NCBI RefSeq assembly: GCF_964204645.1
Contig: NC_134031.1
Location: 11,906,088-11,970,087 of the forward strand
Source: Tubulanus polymorphus
Taxonomy: Eukaryota > Animalia > Nemertea
DNA length: 64,000 nucleotides
Direction of reading: 5' to 3'
The notes beneath the pieces are model-generated. The model was not told the DNA's origin. It ran no database searches and saw only the letters and a list, made by a program, of their open reading frames with translations. Of this stretch, positions 37,200 through 47,700 are shown piece by piece (the first letter of the stretch is position 1; each line of letters starts with the position of its first letter). Position numbers and translations under genes: made by a program.

Positions 37200-38014
37200 A
37201 CTGTCGACATTGGAAAGTTGATTTGTCGAATAAACTTCGTGACATGACGACATTGTTTGTCGACAAGTCGCAATAAGGTCACGACAAGTCGCCATAAATT
37301 TGACGACGCGCCGATATAGAAGACGAAGACACCAGAAATAAGACGACTGAGTTTCAAGTCGTCATAAATATATCGACTTGTCGCGAGGAAAATGGTCGAG
37401 AAAACGGAATATGTCGTCAAAAGGTCACGATATATCGACATATTCATGTCGACTTGACGCGATATATCGACATAAATATGACGACTTGTCGAGTTGGAAC
37501 GCGACATCTCGAGGCCCCTTATCGCTTCCGTAGTATTCGAAAAAAAGCTGTAAAGTGTCATGTTTTCGGTTTGCTTTGCAGAGAGACATTACGTTACTGC
37601 TTCATGGATTTGATGAGGAATGATTTGAACGACTTCGCAAAGGAGTGGAACACTCACACAATCCGGCACCAACGAAATGTTGACAGCCCCCATGGAAATA
37701 TGTCGACATATCGTGACGTTTTCACGACAAATTTCGCTTTTTCGCCCATTTTCCACGGGACAAGCCGTCATTTTAAGACACGTCTAAATGTAAGATGAGG
37801 ACGCCAGTGATATGACGACTGAGTTTCAAGTCGTCATGAATATGTCGACTTGTCGCGAGGAAAATGGTCGTGAAAACAAAATATGTCGTCAAAACGTCAC
37901 GATATGTCGACATATTCATGTCGACTTGACGCGATATATCGCGATATATCGACATAAATATGACGACTTGTCGAGTTGGAACGCGACATCTCGAGGCCCC
38001 TTATCGCTTCCGTA
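37200..38014 (-). mobile_element. Two IS3EU-like ends (terminating at 37532 and 38014) flanking an inverted exon
   Basis: Both end gaggccccttatcgcttccgta. Confidence 0.75.
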
Positions 38015-38480
38015 GAATACCCAGCAAGTTATGATTGTCCTATGCTTTAAATCAATCCAGAAAACTCTCAATTGGAAACATACATGTGTACGGTATCAGC
38101 GGTAGAAAAAATACCACTGTCTGCCATATCTTTGAATAGATTCATCCAGAATTGTCCTAGGGAATGACGTAAAGTACGCCACCATCTTTCAATTCTCTGA
38201 AAAAAATCAGTCAACAAATGAAACTCATTTTGACATCGTATTTTGTAACTTAAACATTTCTACTTTAGTATTCACAATGAAACGGTTGTTAATTTTCACT
38301 GGAATTCCTGTTCACGTTTTAGTTGAATGCCTCACTTGATTATGTGTCGATCTTCCAACGACGACACTCGCTGTCTCATCAACATCTTCAAACCTGAATG
38401 ATTCCTGTATTGCCCGTAGTACGTTGTTTTCAGTACCTGCGTCAATTCTTCTGCACCGAGGAACACCGTTATGTCGTTAT
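37581..38480 (-). pseudogene. Remnant of a second, intron-containing transposase of the same family; its third exon (37581-37697) is inverted
   Basis: Minus exons VPRCRRIDAGTEN...GRSTHNQ | RIERWWRTLR...FKDMADSG with a gt...ag intron; plus-strand LRYCFMDL...EWNTHTIRHQRN. Confidence 0.65.
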
Positions 38481-39332
38481 GTCACGAAGACGTTAATTAC
38501 TTTTTTATTCAAACAAATGTAGCCTAAATTCCCCTTAGTATCCACAATATATAAGCCTATAACTGGTATTAACCGATTGTTTCCCGCCTTCGAAAATCTA
38601 TGCACAATAAAAGTTAGGTTGGAAATATGCAATTTTGCTGTAAATAACAATATTGTTTACACTATTAGATTTATCAATCAGTTGTGTACGTCAGTGTCAG
38701 CAAATTTAAATTACGGACTCGATTTTGCTACAAGTTTAAAAGTCTAAATGCACAGTGGTTAAATAGTCCGCCGAAAGTTTTGATCATACCACCATACCAC
38801 CAAATTACATACCACCAAATAATGAGTTTGCAGTTTCTTATGAACAACCAATAGTTGTTGTGTCATTCACAAAGTTATATACCTTTTATTTCTTGCAAGA
38901 AATCAATGAAATACCAACCAATCGTGTGGGGATCGTTGTTGGTGTTGCCAACTTTCAGCGACAATATGCGTCGCGAGTAACTGTATGAAATCAACAAATT
39001 TTGCCAAAGATATTGAATATTATTTTTCAAACATGGTATTCAGCATTAACTTTACCCATCTATAGCTGCATGTATGGTGAAACCATATGGCTTTAGCTTA
39101 TCATGTTTTAGCTTATCGTTGCTTTAGCTTAAAGTTCGTTTCATCGCGCGATAAAACGACTTTTTCTCGTTTTATCGCGGTAATTTTCGTTTAATCGCGC
39201 TATTTTTCGTTTTAACGTGGCAATAAAACGAAAAAGTTTGTGATCTGCCACCATGTTTCGATATCTGTTTCATTTGTAACGACAAAATCAACAACGTGTC
39301 TCTTACTCTTCAGCAGCCATTGGACTACCCGT

Positions 39333-40234
39333 TAAGATAAGATAAGATAAGATAATTTTATTACTCTCCAATAATTTCCATGGTACGTGGAGGAAAAAAT
39401 GATTTTGTTTACAAATATTTACATATCGAGAGAAAAATAAAAAATATTTTAAAAACATAACAAGAGTATTTACAATATATACAAATACAGTGTACTATTA
39501 ACAATTGGCATACTACAGGAGGGATCTATATACATCTAAACCATCTTTTATAAATTGTGCTAATTGAATGGTATTCGGAATGGTATTGCGAAGTTCGGTA
39601 AGAATCTTACAATCAAAGAGAAAATGTAATTCATCCCCAAAAACATTGCAGATTGGGCACATTCTTTCATTTCTAGGTAGATGGAGATTAGAGAATCTAT
39701 GTACAGGTAATATGTGGGATCCTATTCTAAACTGAAAAAAACCAAACACAAAATTATCATCTAGTTGGTTAATATAATTCTCAAACTTAATATCGTTTTT
39801 GTATTCCCTGAAATTAATATATAACGGATTATTATTGATTTTGAAAATGGTCTCTTGTGCATACTGGTCACGTAGTATTTGTCTTACATATTTTGAGAAC
39901 GCCCTAGAACTTTGCATATATTGTTGCATCCATACATAGGACAGGCCGCAGTCATCAAAAGTTTGTTTAATACTGAAAAGCCAAGGACTAGTATATTTGT
40001 CATTTAGATACAGATTACTGGAAATTCGATAGAGTATTGCATTAAGCTTAGATTGTTTGCCAGATACAGTTTTACACCAAAAATAAATCATTCTACGCTT
40101 TACTTCAATGAACAAAGGATAACGCCCTAACTCTGCTAACACCGGTAAATTATGAGAATACTTTGTTACCTTCATTAAAATCTTGCAAAAAAGACAATGA
40201 ATATTTTCTAATAAGTCTAAATTTTCGTATCCCC
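39333..40234 (-). mobile_element. 3' part of a LINE ORF2 with 3' UTR and (TCTTA)n tail; continuation of 58156-59710
   Basis: YENL...LAELGRYP...RMCPICNVFGDELHFLFDC; aagat repeats at ~39334-39355. Confidence 0.85.
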
Positions 40235-40309
40235 AGTAGTTAGGAAATGTCACTTCAGGACCTCAATGAGTGAGGGGGGAGGGGGGAGGAGTGAGGAGGG
40301 GGGAGGGAG

Positions 40310-40740
40310 GAGGGATGACGTCATACCGGAAGTGACGTCATACCGGAAGTGACGTCATCCAAGATGGCGGCCGGAAGTGACGTAATCCAAGATGGTGACC
40401 GGAAGTGACGTCATCCAAGATGGCGGCCGGAAGTGGCGGTTGAAATTCAAATTTCAAATTTTTGGCGGGAAAATTCAAAATTTTTCCGTTAAATCCAAAT
40501 CAAATTATTGACAACAAATCCAAATCAATTTATTGGCGGTGTTAAATCCAAATCAAATTTATTGGCGGTGTTCAATCCAAATTTATTTATTGGTATGATT
40601 GAATCCTAAATGGCGCTTACGCATTCCTATGCGTGTTTATGGGAAAAGTTGAATCCTAGATGGCGCTATTACGAGATCATATGTGTACGTGAAGGTGAGG
40701 GGGAAGTGAAGTTAAATCCTAGATGGCGCTTTTCCCTGAG
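40310..40740. promoter_or_regulatory. Subterminal cluster of ETS-CRE, YY1, E2F and CHR-like motifs (mirrored at ~57660-58085)
   Basis: Repeated CCGGAAGTGACGTCA, CAAGATGGCGGCC, TTTTGGCGGGAAAA, TTGAAA/TTTCAAA and CTAGATGGCGC. Confidence 0.6.
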
Positions 40741-40826
40741 TACGGGCAAATTCGAGACAAAGAAAACCAAAAATTAAAAAAACAATGTAAAACAATTAAA
40801 AAAAACATTTTATTCACCGTTAAAAT

Positions 40827-41336
40827 TTAGTTTAAACACGGTTTAAATCCGAATTCCTTGGCGCACGAGACGTGAATATAAACGTCGCAGCAGTCTGTCT
40901 TTTGTTTAGTTATTTCCAAACATACTAAACACGTGTTGATGCCACAAAATAAAGTTATGCAGTTATAACAAAAATTTTCTTCATACCCTTCACACGTTTT
41001 AAGTTCGCTTAAACAGGGCCAGCATATAGTTTTATCACAACAATGAAGCAAATCCTCTTGCGCGTGACAACGATAACAGTCTTTTTTCGCGATATGTTTG
41101 ATAATCCTAAAATGTGCCATGCAATTCTCGATAGGACATTCGAAATCATGTTGAACGCCTAACCATCGAGCGTTCACTAGCCAGCAATCTTCACAAATCG
41201 GTTTCCTGCAACACGTCGTTACTCGAAAACTACCGTATGTAATTGTCGTATTACAATATTTGCAAATCGCAAATCCGGTAGACCAGTCGATATCTTCAAA
41301 GTCGACATGATTTATTTCATGTTCCGTGGTAGTTGA
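40827..41336 (-). CDS. Cys-rich putative Zn-binding protein (left-arm copy); start uncertain
   Basis: Open frame extends upstream of the called ORF; repeated CxxC...CCxxxxCxxC units (RING/PHD-like spacing). Confidence 0.55.
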   Translation of the reverse strand, partial: STTTEHEINHVDFEDIDWSTGFAICKYCNTTITYGSFRVTTCCRKPICEDCWLVNARWLGVQHDFECPIENCMAHFRIIKHIAKKDCYRCHAQEDLLHCCDKTICWPCLSELKTCEGYEENFCYNCITLFCGINTCLVCLEITKQKTDCCDVYIHVSCAKEFGFKPCLN

Positions 41337-41795
41337 TTTTTTTTTTTTTTTTTTTTAGGAAAATGTTTTCCACGGTAAAAAAATCGCCAGACATTTTCGT
41401 AAGTCACGTCTCGTTTATGCGAGTGTAAACAAAGCGAGTGCGCAGTTAAATCCTAGATGGCGCTAGTCCGTAATCCTATACAGATGCGTGCGCATGCGTG
41501 CGTTTGTGTGTACGTGTGTAAGCGAGTGACGTCATCCTAGATGATGCCATGATTATATAATCTTATGCGAGCGCGTGTATAGAGAGGGGAGCGGGGTTAA
41601 ATCCAATATGGCTTCTTTTGACGGCTATTGTGAAATCATAGACAAGTTTAGGCGAACATATTTCGTAACATGTAAAACCATAAAACGAGTTCGGGTAAGT
41701 CATTTTCTGACAATAAAAACGCGTTGCAAATCCATAATTTAGTCATTCTGCTCAGAGACTTTGAACCGTCAACATCATACAACATCATCGTAATA

Positions 41796-44700
41796 ATGGA
41801 TTCGGCCAGCGGACAAAGTATTTTAGAAATATCTAATACACCAGTTAAAGCAAAGTCATCGCTTCAATCTAGAAAAAGAAAACACCCCTCGCTGAAACTC
41901 GACTTTAGTAAGTTTCTACTTATTTCCCGTATTCGAAACCGTCAAATATTAAGACATACGTATTGATCCACAGCTAGATTTTCGTAGTAACTGAAAAATG
42001 TTTCGTAGTATTTAGAAATGTTCTTAATGTTGTTTCCGTATGCGTGGGGGTTACGTTAAAGCCGTCAGACAAGAACGTACTAGTAGTAAGAATTACGAAA
42101 GTTCTTGTTTGATGCTTTCATCTACCAACGCCAACCATAAATCAGTCTATAAACAACAATTCTTTCTCGGTTCTTCTGCTGTGGGATCTGGCAAACATTC
42201 AGAAAATCTTTATATAAAACTTTTAAATAGTTGGAACCATATTTGGTTGGGTCGGAACAATGGAGTGTATTTATAATGAGGCTCGTGAAGGGATCACGCT
42301 GATACTTGATGATATTCCCGGCTACTTTCCGTAAAAGGAAAAACCGGAAGTTTAGGAAGATGTGGTTGTTTTGCTTATCCTGTATTAAAATAGAATTAGT
42401 TAAATTGTAGATAAAATAATTAGTATAAGTATTTCAAATAATTTAAGAATTGATAATCAATCACAATGTATTCCGAATCGTAGTTAATTATAATAATTAA
42501 AAAAGAAACAATGAATTTGTACTGTAATTAGAAAAGAAAACAAAGTTTTGAAAAGATAATTAATTTGAGCAATCTAGATGTTGTTTAAGAACAAATTGTT
42601 AATAATCGCTAATGTTTTAGAAAAATTAATTTGTGTTAAATGTTAAAACTAGCTGTCTGAAGTTTCTGTTGTCTGTATGCGCTCGTTGGTAATTCACAGA
42701 CAATAGCTGCTCTCTCAACAACGACTAGCAAGGAGTGAGTAAATCACAACGCGTCATGACAGGAGGGTTGGAAGGAAAAAGTTAGTTTAGCAAATCAGTT
42801 TTGAAAATAATTTTAGATCAGCGAATCATTAAGGCCAAATTCTATATGACCAAAACAGTCATGACAGTAAGGTTGCTGCTCCTTGCCAAAAGTCGAGTGG
42901 GAGAGTCGGTATTTTAAGAATGCCGATTCTTTCTATAAAAGGGACCCGCATCTTGAGAGAGCAGTCAATCGGGAGAATCTGTACCTTAGTAAGACGAGTG
43001 TCGACAGCAGGACAGGAGAAGCTTCGGAACGATAGGGATTCATATAATAGGGATTAGGAAAATCATTCTCAGGTTCAAGGTAAATAAAATATATTATCTT
43101 CAATATTATCATCCGGTATTTCAGTTTATTCATTCGGATTTGTGCACGGACACGTTCTCTCGCCAGGGCCTTACTCAAGTATTTTAATAGATAACGATTA
43201 AAGAGAGGATTGTGACTGGTGTATCACTGGTGCCGAAACCATATTGATTAATTATTGTGTCGAGCTTTTATTATTTGTAATTTATTAATTTTAATGGTTC
43301 GAATTTTTATTTGTTCACACTGTGGTGCGAAGAACGCTTTTTCAAAGAAGCGCCGCACTCCAGTAAACAGGCCGACACAGGCATTGTGGGATTCGAACCC
43401 ACCCCGTGCACGACCATTTCAGATCCCGGAGGAGTATCGGGAACCATTGTGGGATTCGAACCCACCGATTAAGCCTTTCGAAATACCGGAAGAGCACCGG
43501 GAGCCTTTGTGGGATTCTAACCCACTGATACCAAAGGCATTAGGTTTGATTGAAGATAATCAGGAGCCTTTGTGGGATTCTAACCCACCGATACCAAAGG
43601 CATTAGGTTTGATTGAAGACAATCAGGAGCCATTGTGGGATACGAACCCACCGCTCACCTCGGTCGCCCCCGCTGAGCCCTTGTGGGAACCAAACCCACG
43701 TGCTACACAGCACGAGGCGCCAGCTCTGGTCACCTTTGGGGATTTGAACCCCTCGGAACGCCGACGCAGAGTACGGCTGGTTAAGGTGCCAGACAAGTTC
43801 GACCCGTTCTGGGTACACTTTTTTCGGGATTTCGCGAACCCGAACGACTTCATTTTTGGGGATAAAGACGCGAATGGTTATTTTCTTTGCCCAGCCTAAA
43901 TAGAGTTGGCTAGAGGGCGTCAATTTTCTTAATATTATCATTCAAGTATTTAATTGTTAATTAATTATTTATTTCTATTTTTAAATTGGTTTAATATTAT
44001 CATTTAAGTATTTAATTATTGATTAATGATTTAATTATTATACAACCAGATTTAATTTATAATTGGTTTGCTATTCTAATATTTCACTATTGTTATATAT
44101 GTCGGTTGGGTTGAAGCGTGATCACTGCGGGGCTACGGTTTATAAAACACATACACTTGCCCCAGCTCCCAAGTCTAGTTGGGAAATACCGGCTCACCTA
44201 AGGGAGCCGCTGTGGGAATCGAACCCAACCAGCACCAAAGGTACCACCACCGTCGGGGCTGTGGGACAGCCAGTGAGGGATTCGAACCCTCCACCCGGTG
44301 GATTAACCGATAGCGATACGTCTTTCTGGGATCAGGGGGATTTTAGTTTGTGCGCTATCCCTGATCACAACATATTGGTAGCCGACAGGTCGCGGGTATA
44401 CGGCTACTTTGAGTGACTTTGAGGGATTCTAGATTGCTTAACACTGATGATCATACATTTTCTTTCTATTAATATTATTATCAATTGTTTATGTCGGGGC
44501 CGATAACGGTAAGGGTTACAACCAAACGCCGTAGCGCTGGTTATTTGGGTGCCCCACCCCGAAAGAGGTGTCTCGTTGCGGTGCGCTTGACACCCGCAGC
44601 TCCGACATCGATAGCTGCAGCACGGTCACCTTCTAGGGACAATAGTGGGACTCCGTATTCCCAGCTAACGGACTTTGAGTTAAAAGACACTTGTTTATAC

Positions 44701-47700
44701 TGCACGTGCCCAACGCTAGCAGTCTTTGACGACCGGATACGGTGCACTTGTCCGCCCTCAGCACCCTCTTTCCCCACTCTGAATTCATCGGGTACGGATT
44801 CGAACCGTGGTAGCCCGATAGGGACTGACCAGCTTATCACGCGGGCTTCATCGGCTGGTTCGACCTGCTCAGGCAGCTCGAGTTTTTCGTGCTGTTGTTC
44901 GGTGCCACCTGATTCACCTACAGGGGATGCCGAACGTCCATTGGACACAGAGCAGCCATTAGACCTGTCCCCATTGTTGGCGGATAGACCATCGTCTGTT
45001 GACACAACTGCAGCTGGGCAATTGTTGGGCGGATCTTGGGGCACATCTGTACCAATTTTCCCACTGGACCTGTCCTTGGGTGTGTCCGCGGTTGACCAGC
45101 CATTAGATCTTTCACCTGGTCAGTCTTTAAGCCCATTTTTAGAGAAGCAGTCTGTCCCCAGCCCTTCCTTTTCGTGGAATTTTGAGGGGATTGACGACAT
45201 TCTTTTGTCGTCGTCAAACGAAGAGTTGACTGTGGCGGACATTGACCGCATTTGGGAACAGCTGCTTTGTTGGGCCGATCATCAGGATCGAGTTTAGTAT
45301 TTAACATAGTAGTATAGAAATACTTACATATAATTAGAAATACTCCGTTTCAACAATATTATGGCTACTAGAAGCGGCACTGCATACGGGCAGGACGGTG
45401 CGGGCGGCTTGCAGGGGCAACCCCCTGCCGAAGGGGTTCCACAGGGTCATCCCCCCGTTAACGATAACACGGTCCTGGAGGCCCTCTCAGGCCTACGCGA
45501 GCAGGTGGACACGGCCACCGCTTTTATGAATTTTTCTATGCTCCCCAAATTCACGGGACGAGATAGTCAGTGCGTCTCTGATTGGTTCAGAGGGTTCGAT
45601 CGTTTGGCCGAGCTTAGGGGCTGGGACGAAATTGCAAAAAAGAAGCAATTATATTGGTTTTTGGCTGGCCCAGCCCTAGTTCTATTCAATGACCTCCGCA
45701 TTGATCAGGGAACCGATGCGGCCGGTGGCAAAGTTGTCACTCCCTGGGAAAATATTGTCCGTGCGTTTTGCGCGCAATTTAGCCCCACCTCGTGGGCTTT
45801 GGTCAAGGAGTCGGCTTTGACGACGATGCGACAGGGGGAGACACAACCGGTCGATAGGTTTGCGGAAGAGATTGATCGTGTGGCCTCGAGTTTGAAATTT
45901 TCGGACCACCAGAAAAAGATGTTACTAATTAACAACTCTCGCCCTGACATATCTGTCTACCTGTTGTCACAGCGTCCGACGACATTTAGGGATGCATGGG
46001 AGGCAGCCAGAATGGCGGAGCATATCGAACAACGTAAAGCTCTGTCGTCTCCCAAGGTATCGCAAATTGGGACCGAACCAAATAAAGCGATGGGTGACGT
46101 TATGGCTGAATTACGGGACATGTTCCGCCAAATTATGGACATCCAGAAGTCTACCCGTACTCAGCGGAATGATAGAGCCACATTTTATAGCGAAAGCCGC
46201 CCGTTACAAAGGTCACAGGATGGCCAGGTGGTGTGCTTTCAATGTCACGCCCCTGGTCATTACGCCAGGAATTGCCCGACGTGGCGTTACGACCAACAAA
46301 GGTCACCAAACCGGGACGCATTTCAGCGTGATAATCGCCGTCCCCAAAATGCTAGTAGGGGTCAGTTTCGGCCACAGAATATTGGGCGTGGCTCCCAAGG
46401 GGCTAATCGAACATTTAGTCAGGGAAACGACCGGAGACCTCATCCTATGGACCGACAAGGGTGGGGTCGCGCAATGAATGGTCAACAGAGCACTCTCCCG
46501 ATTCGGCGATAAGGAGTGATTTTTGGTGGGACGACTCATATTCATATCATAGATATGACGATGACAGTCCTGTAATCGACGATTATATTTTTGATGATGT
46601 TGATGATTATTTTGAGGACGATAGGGATGATATATTCGACATGTCATTTGATCAGGGCAACATGCTAGCTGACTCATTTTCTCTTTATTTTGAACCTGAG
46701 GGGAACTGTAATGTAGTTTACTTAGATGAAAATGAACCTTTACATTTAAATAAGTTTATTGATTATCACACTCCTTCATGGGGTGCCGATGACGTTTATG
46801 ACATTCAAGATCGTAACTTTGGGGACAGCTGGAGGGACAATACCTAGTTGTCGTTTGATGGAAATTTTTATATGGATCGGGGATCCAATTTTGAGGACAG
46901 CTGGATGAATAATTCCCAGTTGTCGGTTACTAGAGAGCCTGTAAAAAGACACAGGAGGGTCACATTTAGCGATCCGGTTGAATTGCAGGAGGTACGTGCT
47001 GATATGGCGTGCTCGGGTGACAATATTAGTATAAATAGGTCACACCCTAGAGGGGTTAATGGTCCGACGGATTCGGCAGAAGATGACCTTTTTAGAGATA
47101 AGAAGTCTCAATTGAATTGTCACGAACGCACTCTTGATCAGTATAAGTACCCAGTAACTTCCGAATCAGCGGTACAATGTGACCTAGTGTCAGTTGATTT
47201 AAGTAATAACAGTTCACGGTCGGAATGTCGTAATGATCATCATGATACGGAGACTGTCGTATCAAATGTATCAAATCAGGTGTCAACATCGAAAAATTGT
47301 TGTCAGTTATTCGAAAAAGAACAGGATCGTCCTGTCACCTCGAATACCAGCGGTTTTCATCAACCAATCGGTAATGAAATGTCCAACGCACAGGACAGAG
47401 GTCAGGTTGTCCCCACGTCTGAACCGATTATGCCAACCAACGACAATGTTGGAATAGGAGATTCGAACTCCGAGTTTCAACCTACTATTCACTGTCAGGA
47501 ACAACTTCCACCTATTACGACGACGTTAGGTAACACGCCAACCAACGACATATGGTCTCTTTCTAGTCAGAATAATCCTATTCAACAAGATGTTTATTCC
47601 CCGTCGATCATGGCAACTGTCGCTTACCGAGTGACAGGTAGCCATTCGGGGACACCGTTAAGTATTTTGATCGACACGGGCGCCGAAATATCTGTATTAT

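Noticed and set aside
42040-43178. Duplicated ORFs 42040-42276 and 42933-43178 (copies at 49942 and 50835)
   Set aside because: They lie inside the LTRs, so duplication reflects LTR identity; no recognisable domains.
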